Assembly: GCF_042869435.1 (NCBI RefSeq)
Contig: NZ_JBIAFV010000007.1
Location: 441,202-505,201, forward strand
Length of the DNA stretch: 64,000 bases
Source: Nocardia sp. NPDC006982
Lineage (GTDB): Bacteria; Actinomycetota; Actinomycetes; Mycobacteriales; Mycobacteriaceae
Direction: 5' to 3'
Position numbers and translations under genes: made by a program. This document shows positions 9,778 through 20,143 of the stretch, one piece after another. Every line of letters starts with the position of its first letter. Position 1 is the first letter of the stretch. The notes under the pieces were generated by a model, which ran no database searches, was not told the DNA's origin, and worked only from the letters and a program-made list of their open reading frames with translations.

Positions 9778-11241
9778 ATGCGGGTGAACCGGCGCGGGTT
9801 CCTCGGAATGGCCGGAACTGCGGTGGTTGCCAGTGGTGCGGCTGCCCTGACGGCGGGGTGCGGCCGGTCGCCATCATCCGCGAAAGCTGATTACACGCTG
9901 TATATCGGGCCGGGGGAGGTGGAGGTGGCGCCAGGGCGGGTGGTGTCGACCATGCTGTACGACGGGCAGTTTCCGGGCCCGTTGTTGCGGTTCACCGAGG
10001 GCACACCGGTCGTGGTGGAGGTCCACAACGACGCCGGCACACCTGAGCAGTTGCATTGGCACGGGCAGACGATGCCGGTGGAGGTGGACGGTTCGGCCGA
10101 GGAAGGCACCCCGTTCATTCCCGCGCACGGGATGCGGCGATTGTCGTTCACACCGGGCCCATCGGGATTGCGCTTCTATCACACACATTTAGTCGCTGGC
10201 GCGGACCTGAACCTGGGCCAGTACAACGGGCAGGTCGGACCCGTCTACATCGAGACGAAGCACCATCCCGGCGCCTACGACCAGGAGGTGTTTCTTACTC
10301 TCAAAGAGTTCGGGCCGTCGCTGAGCCAGCGTGGGGATATGGATGCCGAATTCTTGGCCGGTGAGCCGGTTGCGGAGTTGCGGGACAACGGTGAGGCGGC
10401 GATGGCGGCCTCGCTGGCGTCGGGTAAACCGCACGGCTACGAGGTCGGCTACGACACCTGCACCATCAATGGCCGCATGCTCGGCCACGGCGCCCCGATC
10501 CGGGTCCGCGAGGGGGAGCGGGTGCTGCTGCATGTGGTCAACGGCAGCGCGACCGAGAACCGCAGCCTCGCATTGCCCGGTCATGCCTTCACGGTGCTGG
10601 CGTTGGACGGCAACCCCGTGCCGAACCCGGCGCGGGTGCCGGTGTTGTGGCTCGGTACCGCCGAGCGGATTTCGGCGGTGGTGGAGATGACCACCCCGGG
10701 CGTATGGGTGCTCGGTGACCTCTCCGACGATGATCGTGGCAACGGCATGGGCATCGTCGTCGAGTACGCCGGCCGCGCCGGTGACCCGCAGTGGGCTCCG
10801 CCGTCGCCGTTCACGTGGGACTATCGGCTATTCACCCGGTCCGGCGTGAACCCGGCGGCGCCGGACGAACAGATCGAGCTGCTGATCGAGAAACGCAACG
10901 CCGACCGCGACGGGTACAACCTGTGGACCCTCAACGGCACCGCTTTCGACATGAACACCGGCACACCCGCTTTCGACCTGGCTCGGGGCCGCCGGTACCG
11001 GTTGCGGTTGCGCAACGCGACCGACGACATCCATCCGATTCATCTGCACCGCAACACCTTCGAGGTCACCCGCATCGCCGGCACACCCGTCGCCGGGTTG
11101 CGCAAGGATGTGGTGATGCTGGGTGGCTATCAGGAGATGGACATCGATGTCCTCGCCGATCAGCCCGGATTGTCGCTGCTGCACTGTCATCAGCAGCTGC
11201 ACATGGACTACGGGTTCATGACATTGCTGCGCACGGCTTGA
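9778..11241 (+). CDS. Multicopper oxidase with a Tat signal peptide
   Basis: MRVNRRGFLGMAG twin-arginine signal. Copper-binding His motifs HWHG, HCHQQLHMDYGFM. Three cupredoxin domains. Confidence 0.85.
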   Translation: MRVNRRGFLGMAGTAVVASGAAALTAGCGRSPSSAKADYTLYIGPGEVEVAPGRVVSTMLYDGQFPGPLLRFTEGTPVVVEVHNDAGTPEQLHWHGQTMPVEVDGSAEEGTPFIPAHGMRRLSFTPGPSGLRFYHTHLVAGADLNLGQYNGQVGPVYIETKHHPGAYDQEVFLTLKEFGPSLSQRGDMDAEFLAGEPVAELRDNGEAAMAASLASGKPHGYEVGYDTCTINGRMLGHGAPIRVREGERVLLHVVNGSATENRSLALPGHAFTVLALDGNPVPNPARVPVLWLGTAERISAVVEMTTPGVWVLGDLSDDDRGNGMGIVVEYAGRAGDPQWAPPSPFTWDYRLFTRSGVNPAAPDEQIELLIEKRNADRDGYNLWTLNGTAFDMNTGTPAFDLARGRRYRLRLRNATDDIHPIHLHRNTFEVTRIAGTPVAGLRKDVVMLGGYQEMDIDVLADQPGLSLLHCHQQLHMDYGFMTLLRTA

Positions 11242-11356
11242 GCCGTCCTGCAGTGGAGCTGGGCAGGACCGATGGTCTGTCCGTCTGGAAGGTGATGCGC
11301 GGCAGGAGGTTCCGTCCACCACCTGTCTTGCGCCGTGGTGGGTCCTGCCTTCGGTA

Positions 11357-11620
11357 TCACGCCGGGAGCTGTGTCGTTGGTGGGTTCGTTTCGGGTTCGC
11401 CGACACCGAGGCGGGCGTCGACCAGCAGTCCGGCTGCTCCGATCGCGGCACAGGCCACGGTGACCGCAATCAAGGCGGGACTGGTGTGCCCGGTAAGGGC
11501 GTCACCGAGCGCGACGACCGCGGTCGTTCCGGGCAGCACCCCGGCGATAGTGGCGGCCAGGTAGGGCACGAGCCGGACCGAGGACAGACCGGCGCAGTAG
11601 TTGATCAGCGAGAACGGCAC
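11357..11620 (-). pseudogene. C-terminal fragment of a DedA/TVP38-family membrane protein (N-terminus missing)
   Basis: FSLINYCAGLSSVRLVPYLAATIAGVLPGT matches the DedA C-terminal region. Only 87 aa remain and there is no upstream continuation in any frame. Confidence 0.5.
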
Positions 11621-11741
11621 CGGGCTGATCAGGCGCAGCGACCCGACCGCCAGCCGGCCGCGGCGGGCCGTGCGGGATGACTGACGGATTCTGCGGGTGA
11701 TGGCGATTTATCTTGTGGCCCCGCGGTTTCGGCTCCCCGGT

Positions 11742-12596
11742 TCAGCTCCGGCACACGAGTACCGGGCATGTGGTGTGGTGGAGCAGGTCTCGGCTGGTCG
11801 ACCCGAACAGCAGCGCTGCGGCGGTGGGGTGGCCGTGGCTGCCGACGACCAGTAACTGCACATCGCGCGCCATCTCGTTCAACACCGAGCGGGCCGAGCC
11901 AGGGACCGGCAGCTCGATGACCTCGACATCCGGATATTCCGTGCGCCAGCCTGCCAGTGACTCGGCCAGTAGCGTGCGTTGCTGCTCACCGTGCTCGAGA
12001 TGGTGGCCCACCGGGTCGATGCGTGAGGGCCAGCAGTGCACGGCGGTCAGGGGCACCTCGAGCGCGGCGGCGATTTCGAAGGCGTGGGCGATGGCCGGAA
12101 TGCTGAGTTCGGTTCCGTCGATACCGACCGCCACCGGCTTGCCGCGCGGAATGGGCTTGCCGTTCGCGCCGCGCCAGACCCCGACCGGACAGTGCGCGTG
12201 CTGGGCGACCTGCATGGTGGTGGGGCCTACCAATCGGTCCCCGTAGGCGGTCCGTGCACCGACCACGACGATGCGGGCGTGCGTGCTCAATGCCACGAGC
12301 GCGTCGGCGGGCGGGCCCTCGGGGCGTACCGCATTGACGGTCAGCTCCGGATCGCAGGTGTACACGAGCTGGCGTGCGCGCTCGAGGGTCGCGTGGGCAG
12401 CGTCGGCGGACTGTGGCGCATGGATAGACTCGGCCAACTGCTGTGCGGACGTAGCTGAACGCGGTTGCGCATAGGTGAGCAACAGCGGTGCGTGCATGGC
12501 ACCGGCCAGATATGCGGCCCAGCGTGCGGCATTGAGTGCCGTCGGCGAATCGTCCACGCCGACGACGATCGAGGTGCGATCGGCCCTGGTACTCAT
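11742..12596 (-). CDS. Universal stress protein, tandem UspA domains
   Basis: Internal Met (MSTRADRTSIVVGVDDSP). Two USP domains with G-x2-G-x9-G-S ATP-binding motifs (VVGSHGHPTAAALLFGSTS). The upstream 345 codons of the ORF are low-complexity and not coding. Confidence 0.85.
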   Translation of the reverse strand: MSTRADRTSIVVGVDDSPTALNAARWAAYLAGAMHAPLLLTYAQPRSATSAQQLAESIHAPQSADAAHATLERARQLVYTCDPELTVNAVRPEGPPADALVALSTHARIVVVGARTAYGDRLVGPTTMQVAQHAHCPVGVWRGANGKPIPRGKPVAVGIDGTELSIPAIAHAFEIAAALEVPLTAVHCWPSRIDPVGHHLEHGEQQRTLLAESLAGWRTEYPDVEVIELPVPGSARSVLNEMARDVQLLVVGSHGHPTAAALLFGSTSRDLLHHTTCPVLVCRS

Positions 12597-12929
12597 CGAT
12601 CCGCACTCCTTGCCGCGAGATCTTCCGGTTGCGTCACAGCGACTACCAATACATTCCACCCTCGTCCTCGGCGGTCCCTCGCGGTAGGGGCATTGGTGCT
12701 CGATGGGGAGGTCATCGGTCAACCCAAGCACGGAGCCGACTACCCCGCCCGGACGTGCACCCGTGCGGTACCGGCGCTGCCGCAAGGCAATCGAGAGGGG
12801 TCCAATGCCCCTGGGATGACGGTCATTCCGGCCCTGTGGCGGACTGCCGATTGTCGCGATGCTCAATGGACGACCGCGTGCGCGTCTTTGTGCTACGCGG
12901 ATCCATTGTGACCCGGTGAGGAGCCGATC

Positions 12930-13616
12930 ATGAATCCCGAGAATGTCGAACCCGTTTATCCAGTGCGTGTTCGTGGCGATCTCGACGAGCCCTTGTCGCG
13001 CTGGCTGTGGCTGGTGAAATGGATTCTCGCGATTCCGCATTACATCGTGCTGTTCTTTTTGTGGACAGCATTCGTTGTGCTGACCGTGGTCGCCGGGTTG
13101 TCCATCCTGTTCACCGGCCGGTATCCGCGCTCGCTGTTCGACTTCAATGTCGGCGTGCTGCGTTGGACGTGGCGCGTGCACTTCTACGCCTTCGCGGCAC
13201 TCGGCACCGATAGATACCCGCCGTTCAGCTTGCAATCCACCGACTATCCCGCGGACCTGGAGATCGACTACCCGCAGCAGTTGTCGCGCGGCCTGGTCCT
13301 GGTGAAGTGGTGGCTGCTGGCCATCCCGCACTATCTGATCGTGGCGGCGATGACCAGCACCGGCCCGGCCTTCGACTGGGGCAGCGATAACAACGACGGC
13401 TCCACGGGAATCTCCCTGCTCGGCATTCTGGTGCTCATCGCCGCGGTAACCCTGCTGTTCACCGCTCGCTACCCGCGTCGACTGTTCGACTTCATCCTCG
13501 GCATCAACCGCTGGGCCTACCGTGTCGCCGCGTACGCCACCCTGATGCGCGACGAATACCCGCCCTTCCGCCTCGACCAGGGCCCACGCGAACCTGACGA
13601 AAAGACGGTGCTCTGA
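12930..13616 (+). CDS. DUF4389 domain membrane protein (two repeats)
   Basis: Repeated KW(I/L)LAIPHY(I/L)V...FTGRYPR..F.F..G..RW..RV..Y...L.DEYPPF pattern. Confidence 0.75.
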   Translation: MNPENVEPVYPVRVRGDLDEPLSRWLWLVKWILAIPHYIVLFFLWTAFVVLTVVAGLSILFTGRYPRSLFDFNVGVLRWTWRVHFYAFAALGTDRYPPFSLQSTDYPADLEIDYPQQLSRGLVLVKWWLLAIPHYLIVAAMTSTGPAFDWGSDNNDGSTGISLLGILVLIAAVTLLFTARYPRRLFDFILGINRWAYRVAAYATLMRDEYPPFRLDQGPREPDEKTVL

Positions 13617-13721
13617 TCGCGAAAACCAGGGCACCGCACCGCTATTCGGTAGTTATGCCCGCCGTGGCGATGAACTCGCTGCGGCGGGCGTTCGCTGTCA
13701 CACGTGGGCCTGCCGACGAAG

Positions 13722-14372
13722 TCACTGTGCGAGCCCGTCAACGGCCTGGCGGCCGGTGGTGAAGCGGGCGGCGCGGCGGTGCACGCGATGGCCGGTGACT
13801 CGGGGTCGTTGCGGGGCAATGGGTTTCGGGGTGCGGAAGAAGAAGTGTTTACCGAGTTCGGCCAGGGTCAGGTAGGCGGGCACCATAAGGGTCAGGGCTA
13901 GGAAGAAGCCGCCTGGGAGTGGTGTGAAGCCCAGGTCGCGAGCGAAGGGCGTTGCGGGCAGGATGGCTCCGATGGTCACTGCGCCGAGCGCGGCCATGCG
14001 CAGTGTGACGCTGGGATGGCTGTGGAAGAACGGGGTGCGGCGAGTCCGGATGACGAACAGGACCAGTGTCTGGGTGGCCAGCGACTTCACGAACCAGCCG
14101 GTGTGGAACAGGCTTTCGTCGGCGTGGAACAGCCCGAGCATGATCGCGAAGGTGGCGAAGTCGAACAGCGAGCTGATGGGGCCGAAGACCAGCATGATGC
14201 GCCGGATCAGCCCGACGTCCCAGCGCGATGGGCGTGCCAGTTGTTCTGGATCGACGGTATCGGTGGGGATGGCGAGTTGGCTGGCGTCGTAGAGCAGTTT
14301 GTTGAGCAGGATCTGCGACGGCAGCATCGGTAGGAAGGGTAGGAAAGCGGAAGCGCCTGCGGCGCTGAACAT
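13722..14372 (-). pseudogene. C-terminal fragment (TM5-10) of an MgtA-type P-type ATPase
   Basis: PFLPMLPSQILLNKLLYDASQLAIPTDTVDPEQLARPSRWD matches the MgtA C-terminal membrane domain. The N-terminal ~650 aa are absent. Confidence 0.6.
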
Positions 14373-14681
14373 ATTGCCGAAAACACCGGGAGCAGGCGGG
14401 CTCGATGTGAGCGAATCGCGTTGAGGCCGACGGTCTGCGACCGTTAACGAGCTTCCGGTGTCGCCAGACCCGCGTCGGTGCTCGACAGCGCCGAGAGCAC
14501 GTCCGTGATCGGCATCGCAGCGGCGACCGATACCTCGAAGTGGTCGAAACCTGTTGTCTCACGATCGATTAGATGCGGCGTCGCGGTCATCGTGATGCGG
14601 TGTGTGCGCGGCGGGATCGAGCGGGCTTTCGCGGCGGGATGGCCTCGTCGGCGACTTCGACCGGAATAGCCGAAATAGACA

Positions 14682-14924
14682 TCACCGCCTCGACGATGGC
14701 GGCCGGTATGGACGACGCGGCGAGTGCGTCGGATTCGGAGTGCAACCGCCCATCCGGTCGTTGTCGTCGACGACGGGCAACGCGGCGAAGCCGTGTTCGG
14801 TGAGCCGCTCGATGGCCTCGTTCAGCGGCGCTTCCGGCCGGACAGTCACCACCGGTCGGCTGAGAATGTCGCGCGCGTACATCGCTGCCACCTCACGAGA
14901 TAGTCGGACTTCTCGACTAATCAT
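14682..14924 (-). pseudogene. Truncated/frameshifted CBS-domain protein
   Basis: MYARDILSRPVVTVRPEAPLNEAIERLTEHGFAALPVVDDNDR is one CBS motif, followed by loss of frame. A decayed second CBS motif is visible in the +1 frame. Confidence 0.5.
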
Positions 14925-15079
14925 CGACGGCGGACCGCTGCGGGTTCGAGGGGCGAAGGTCCGTTTCTACCGAGAACTCGGTCCCTTGAACCGACGGCTG
15001 AACCATCGCGCCGCCCCGTTCGTCAAGAGCGCGTCGGCGTGGCGGACGGGAGACGCAGGTAGTGGTCGATTCTCGGCGA

Positions 15080-15556
15080 TTACCGCGGTGTGTCACCGGT
15101 GACGCTGTTGCGAGCCCTCGGCGTGGCCGCCGGAAGATGCTGTGCGCATACCGCTTCCACGAATTCACCGACGTTGGACTCGGGAAGACGCCGGGACAGG
15201 TCGGCCTCGGTGATGATGCCGACCAGCTTGCCCGCCTCGGTTACCGGAAGTCGTCGGATCTGATGCTGCTCCATCAGAGTAAGCGCGGCGTCGATATCGG
15301 TGCCGGTATCGACGGTGAGCAGGTCGTCACCCTGGGCCATTTCGCCCGCGGTGGTCTTGCGCGGATTTGCCCCGGCGGCGATGCATTTGACGACGATGTC
15401 GCGGTCGGTGACAATGCCGACCGGATGTCCCTCACCGTCGCAGATCGGTAATGCGCCGACATTGAGCTGACGCATTCGCTGCGCCGCGGTCTCCATGGTG
15501 TCGCGGACCGTAATGCTCGCGACATCGGGCTGCATGATGGCCTGTGCGGTAGTCAT
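15080..15556 (-). CDS. Hypoxic-response-protein-1-like CBS-pair protein (Rv2626c/Hrp1 homologue)
   Basis: MTTAQAIMQPDV...GALPICDGEGHPVGIVTDRDIVVK...HQIRRLPVTEAGKLVGIITEADL is closely collinear with Mtb Rv2626c. AAGGAG SD 6 nt upstream. Confidence 0.85.
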   Translation of the reverse strand: MTTAQAIMQPDVASITVRDTMETAAQRMRQLNVGALPICDGEGHPVGIVTDRDIVVKCIAAGANPRKTTAGEMAQGDDLLTVDTGTDIDAALTLMEQHQIRRLPVTEAGKLVGIITEADLSRRLPESNVGEFVEAVCAQHLPAATPRARNSVTGDTPR

Positions 15557-15626
15557 AGCTGGCTCCTTGTCGTATAAGTCGTGCACTCGTGGCACCCATC
15601 ATCGACTGGTCGTGGCGGGGCAGCGA

Positions 15627-15640
15627 GGGCCGAAAGTCAC
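15627..15640. promoter_or_regulatory. Candidate DosR-like box GGGCCGAAAGTCAC in the divergent hrp1-like / Rv0079-like promoter region
   Basis: 11 of 14 positions match GGGACTWWAGTCCC. Both flanking genes are DosR-regulon homologues. Confidence 0.3.
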
Positions 15641-15865
15641 TGTGGCGCGAGGATTCGACGGTGGCGGTGGCTGTCCGCGCCGCGGGTGTGATAGACCCAA
15701 CGTCCTCGATCCATGGGACCTTCTGCCCTGTTCAGCGCCGCCGCGTCCGGATGACACTGCCTGGGTTGTGTGTGTGGCAGGGCTCCGGAGAAGAGGTTGC
15801 CGAGTGAGTACAACCGAACTGTGGTCGACCAGGACAGCCGCGGAAGGGGAGTGCACCACCGAAGG

Positions 15866-16462
15866 ATGGATCCCGCTCTCATCAACCGTGTGATACGGGC
15901 GATCGATAGAGCGCTGCGCTGTCACCATGTCGATGAACCGGCGCGAGTGCGGCTCACCAGCCCGCCGCGCGGGGAAGGGCCGACCCTGGCACAGGCGAAT
16001 GTAGTGTTCCGGAATGTTCCTGTGCGAGTCCAGGTTCCCGGTCCCAGCGAATTCATCGCCACCTTCCTCGCCGACCGGCTCGACCGCCGGCTCACGCGGC
16101 TCAATGCCGAAGCGGTGCTCAGATATTGGCCCGATCCGGCGCGTCCGCCGTTGGCGGGGCCCACCGGCGAAAAGCCGATCGTGCGCCGTCAACACTGTGC
16201 ATTGCTGACCGGAACCCCGGACGATGCGGTGCGGGCGATGGATGCGATGGACTATGACGCCTACCTCTACACCGACGCAGAGACCGGCGAGGACGCGATC
16301 GTCTACTGGGCCGGCGCCGGTCGCGCCGGCCTAGTCGAGAAGGTGGGTGATCGGTGGGCGGTAGAGGAACGCGGCGAGCATGGCGAACTCGGCGAGATGT
16401 GGGGCAGGAAGTCCGCGCAGACGTTTCATCGTGCGCTTGGCCGCCATGCACAGTGCGTGTGA
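15866..16462 (+). CDS. Rv0079-like dormancy-associated translation inhibitor (HPF/S30AE-family C-terminal motif)
   Basis: ARVRLTSPPRGEGPTLAQANVVF...AMDAMDYDAYLYTDAETGEDAIVYWAG matches the Rv0079 signature AMDAMDYDVHLFTDAETGEDAVVYRAG. Start codon uncertain. Confidence 0.7.
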   Translation: MDPALINRVIRAIDRALRCHHVDEPARVRLTSPPRGEGPTLAQANVVFRNVPVRVQVPGPSEFIATFLADRLDRRLTRLNAEAVLRYWPDPARPPLAGPTGEKPIVRRQHCALLTGTPDDAVRAMDAMDYDAYLYTDAETGEDAIVYWAGAGRAGLVEKVGDRWAVEERGEHGELGEMWGRKSAQTFHRALGRHAQCV

Positions 16463-16553
16463 TTACTGGCGGGCGCAGGAGTGGCTGGCCGGGGATGCGT
16501 TGTCGCGGTTGAAGACTCGGTCGGTGCTGCGGTGTCACTCCCGCCTTGTGTGG

Positions 16554-19451
16554 CTATGCGCCAGCGGCGGTGTGGTTGGGTCGGTTCTTGTGTCGCAGCA
16601 GCCATCGGCGAAGTTCATCGGCGCCCCAGACGATGATCGGATAGGGGGCGGTGAAGGCGAGCATGCCGGGGGTGAGGGAGGCGGTACCGAGGGCGTTTTG
16701 CAGGAGCGGCAGGTAGATGATGGCGGCGGTAAGAGCGAGTTCGAAAGCGATGCCCCACAGCAGCAGGGGGTTGGAGAAAACTCCGATCGAGCGGAGGGAG
16801 GCGTTTTCGGTGCGGGCGGCGAAGGCGGTACCGATCTGGCCTGCGACCAACCCGAGGAAGGTCATGGTGGTGGCCTGCTGGTAGGCGTGGTGTAGTGGTT
16901 GTCCGGAGCCGGTGGCGTCGCCGGGATGCCATCCTGCCCGCATGAGCACGTAGAAGAATCCGGCCATTGCCAGTGCTGCGCAGATGACGCCGAGGAACAG
17001 CCAGGCGCGGAGCAGCATGGGGGCGCGGATAACCGGTTCGTTGCGGGATCGAGGTGGTTTGCGCATGATGCCGGGTTCGGCGGGTTCGCGGCCGAGCGCG
17101 AGGGCGGGCAGGGTTTCGGTGCCGACGTCAATGGCGAGCAGTTGCAGCACGGTCAGTGGCAGTGGGACGGCGCCGCCGGTGAGCGCGAAGACCAGGAACG
17201 GGGTGATCTCGGGGGTGGCGTGGGCGAAGATGTAGAAGATGAATTTGCGGATGTTGTCGTAGACGCGGCGTCCGGCCTGCACGGTGGCGGTGATGGTGGC
17301 GAAGTTGTCGTCGGTGAGCACCATGGTCGAGGCTTCTCGCGCAACGTCGGTGCCGGAGCGGCCCATGGCGATGCCGATGTCGGCGCGTCGCAACGCGGGA
17401 GCGTCGTTGACGCCGTCGCCGGTCATCGCCACGACGTGCCCGGTGTCGCGCAAGGCGTCGGCAATGCGGAGTTTCGCTTCCGGTGAGGAGCGGGCGAAGA
17501 TCAGCTCGGCGCCGCTGTCGAGAAGCTTGTCGAGGTCGAACTCGCTCATCCGGTCCAGCTCTGCACCGGTCACGACGACGGGCTGACCGCGGGTGATGCC
17601 GACCTGGGCAGCCACGGCAGCTGCGGTGAGGCCGTGGTCGCCGGTGATGACGATGATGCGGATGCCGGCGGTGTGGCAGGCAGCGACAGCATCGGCGACC
17701 TCCCGACGCGGCGGGTCGGCCATCGCCACCAGCCCGAGCAGGGTCATATCCCGCTCGGCCTGCTCGCTGTTCTGCGGTAGTGGTGTGCCGGGTTCGATGC
17801 CGAGGTCGGCGACGGCCAGTACACGCAAGCCTCGACGGGCCAGACCGTCGACCTGTTGGCCCAGCATGTGCCGGCGCGCTGGGGTGAGCGGTTGCTGGTC
17901 GGCATACGGCCCGAGTTCAGTGGCACACAGTGGCAGCATCGTTTCCGGGGCGCCTTTGGCGTGAACCCACAGGCGGCCGGTGTCGTCCTGGTCGAGGGTG
18001 GACATGCGCTTGCGGCCCGGATCGAAGTGGAACTGCTGACGCCGCTGCCGCTGCCGCACGTCCGGATCCAACTGGGCACCGAGTGCTGCCGCGGCGTCGA
18101 TCAGCGCGATCTCGGTCGGATCACCGGCCGCGGCTTGCCCGGCGGCAGTGCTGTGCGCGTTGTTGCAGGCGGTCATCGCGGCGGCCAAGCGAGCAAGGGT
18201 TACGTCCGTGGACGGCGGCAGAGTCGCGGTCATATCGTGGGTTCCGGTAGCGGTGCGGACCAGGGTTGCCCGCATCGTGTTCTCGGTGAGCGTGCCGGTC
18301 TTGTCGGTGCAGATCACGTCGGTGGAGCCGAGGGTTTCCACCGCGCTGAGCCGTTTCACGACCGCGCCGCGACGCGCCAGGTCACGCACTCCGATCGCCA
18401 GCGCCAACGTGATCACCGGCAACAATCCCTCGGGTACATTTCCGACCAGCAAGCCGACCGCGAAGACGACCGCGTTGAGGAACGACAGTCCTGCGGCCAG
18501 GGTCGCGACCGGGATGAACGCCGCACCGAGCAGCACCGACACCCCGGCGATCAGCCAGGCCACCCGCCGCACCTGGTGTTCGAGAGGACTCTCCTCACGC
18601 TCCACTCGCTCCGACAGTGCCGCGATGCGGCCCAGCTCGGTGTGCATGCCGGTGGCGTAGACGACCGCGCGGGCTTCGCCCTCGGTGCAGGTCGTGCCGC
18701 TGAACACCAGATCCCGGGCTTGCAGTAGCGAGACATCGGTGTCGACCAGCTCGGCCGCACGGAATTCCGGCATCGATTCCCCGGTCAGCGCGGACGCATC
18801 CACTTCGATACCGCCGTCGAGCAGGCGGGCATCCGCCGAGATCCGGTCGCCTTCGCTGACCACGAGCACGTCGCCGGGCACCAGCTGCGTGGCCTCGATG
18901 TCGCCGACGGTCCCGTCCCGCAGCACCGTTGCCCGCATCGGCAAATACGCGGCCAGCGCCTCTACCGCCTTCTCGGCATGCTGTTCCTGCACGAACGCGA
19001 ACGCGGCGTTGATCACGATCACCACCACGATCGCGATCGCCACCGGCACGATGCCCACCGCCCACGCCAACCCCGCCGCAGCCCACAGCAACAGCGCCAG
19101 CGGATGGGTGAACTGCCGCGCCAGCTCCCGCGGCCATCTCCGGCCACCCCGCCGTTGCAGCAGGTTCGGTCCGACGTGGATCAACCGCCGCTGGGCTTCC
19201 CGGGCAGTCAAACCCGACCGGGAACTACGCAGATCACGCAACAGCAGATCCACCCGCTCGGTCGGATCCAACCGAACACCCGGCTCGACCTCTACACCGC
19301 CGCTGGTGGCGCCGTCGTCGTTACCAACATTTTCCGACACGGCCCACCCCACTGTCGTCGCAACCAGCTTCGGCCGTCCTGTCGGAGCGACTAGATGGAC
19401 TGTTCGCCGCCGTTTGCCCTCGGATCCGAGGCCCACCGAGATCGTGGTCAT
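16554..19451 (-). CDS. Cation-transporting P-type ATPase (P2-type, CtpF-like)
   Basis: DKTGTLT phosphorylation motif, [11 protein letters not shown] hinge motif, 10 predicted TM helices. Confidence 0.9.
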   Translation of the reverse strand: MTTISVGLGSEGKRRRTVHLVAPTGRPKLVATTVGWAVSENVGNDDGATSGGVEVEPGVRLDPTERVDLLLRDLRSSRSGLTAREAQRRLIHVGPNLLQRRGGRRWPRELARQFTHPLALLLWAAAGLAWAVGIVPVAIAIVVVIVINAAFAFVQEQHAEKAVEALAAYLPMRATVLRDGTVGDIEATQLVPGDVLVVSEGDRISADARLLDGGIEVDASALTGESMPEFRAAELVDTDVSLLQARDLVFSGTTCTEGEARAVVYATGMHTELGRIAALSERVEREESPLEHQVRRVAWLIAGVSVLLGAAFIPVATLAAGLSFLNAVVFAVGLLVGNVPEGLLPVITLALAIGVRDLARRGAVVKRLSAVETLGSTDVICTDKTGTLTENTMRATLVRTATGTHDMTATLPPSTDVTLARLAAAMTACNNAHSTAAGQAAAGDPTEIALIDAAAALGAQLDPDVRQRQRRQQFHFDPGRKRMSTLDQDDTGRLWVHAKGAPETMLPLCATELGPYADQQPLTPARRHMLGQQVDGLARRGLRVLAVADLGIEPGTPLPQNSEQAERDMTLLGLVAMADPPRREVADAVAACHTAGIRIIVITGDHGLTAAAVAAQVGITRGQPVVVTGAELDRMSEFDLDKLLDSGAELIFARSSPEAKLRIADALRDTGHVVAMTGDGVNDAPALRRADIGIAMGRSGTDVAREASTMVLTDDNFATITATVQAGRRVYDNIRKFIFYIFAHATPEITPFLVFALTGGAVPLPLTVLQLLAIDVGTETLPALALGREPAEPGIMRKPPRSRNEPVIRAPMLLRAWLFLGVICAALAMAGFFYVLMRAGWHPGDATGSGQPLHHAYQQATTMTFLGLVAGQIGTAFAARTENASLRSIGVFSNPLLLWGIAFELALTAAIIYLPLLQNALGTASLTPGMLAFTAPYPIIVWGADELRRWLLRHKNRPNHTAAGA

Positions 19452-19481
19452 ACCAGCGCATAACGGCTCCTTCGGTCGATC

Positions 19482-20084
19482 TCATGTGTGGGCGAGCAAC
19501 TCCCGCAGCGGCTGGTTGTGGTGCATTCGGGCGATCGCGTCGGCCAACAGCGGTGCGACCGAGCGCACTTCGAACGGTGCGGCCGAATCCTGTTGTGCGA
19601 CAGTGTCGGTGACGATGACCCGGCGCAGCGCTAGTGCGCGTAGTCGGGCCGCGGCCGGGGGCACCAGCGGTCCGTGGGTCGCGGCGGCGACGATATCGGT
19701 GGCGTGATAGTGCAAGATCTGGATCGCGGCCTCGATGGTCGCGTCGGTGGAGATCATGTCGTCGACGATCAGCACGGGACAGCCGCTGATGTCGCCGATC
19801 ATCTCCACCGCGCTGACCTCGGTAGCGCTTTCCCGGAATTTGCGCACGATCGCGACCGAATCCTGCATCGACGCCGCGTACTGTTCGGCGAGTTTCGCCG
19901 CGCCGAAATCCGGCGCGACGACGATGGTCCGCCCCGATCGCGCCGGGACAGCCGCCTCGGCCAACAGCGGCACCGCGGTCGATATCTCGACGGGCATCGG
20001 CGATATCGCCTCCAACGCCTCGGTGTGTGGGTCGACGACGACCAGCCGATCCGCACCCGCCCGCGCGATGGCCTCCACCACCAC
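19482..20084 (-). CDS. Ribose-phosphate pyrophosphokinase (Prs)-like protein comprising only the C-terminal PRTase half. Start uncertain, possibly GTG.
   Basis: LVVVDPHTEALEAI...TIVVAPDFGAAKLAEQY...CPVLIVDDMISTDATIEAAIQ...HGPLVPPAA aligns with the second domain of Prs. The upstream part of the ORF overlaps the tgs gene and is low-complexity. Confidence 0.55.
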   Translation of the reverse strand: MVVEAIARAGADRLVVVDPHTEALEAISPMPVEISTAVPLLAEAAVPARSGRTIVVAPDFGAAKLAEQYAASMQDSVAIVRKFRESATEVSAVEMIGDISGCPVLIVDDMISTDATIEAAIQILHYHATDIVAAATHGPLVPPAAARLRALALRRVIVTDTVAQQDSAAPFEVRSVAPLLADAIARMHHNQPLRELLAHT

Positions 20085-20143
20085 CCGCAGGCCGAGCGCC
20101 TGACCCGACCGGGTCCCTGGTGTGTTGCATTCGCGAGCACCGA

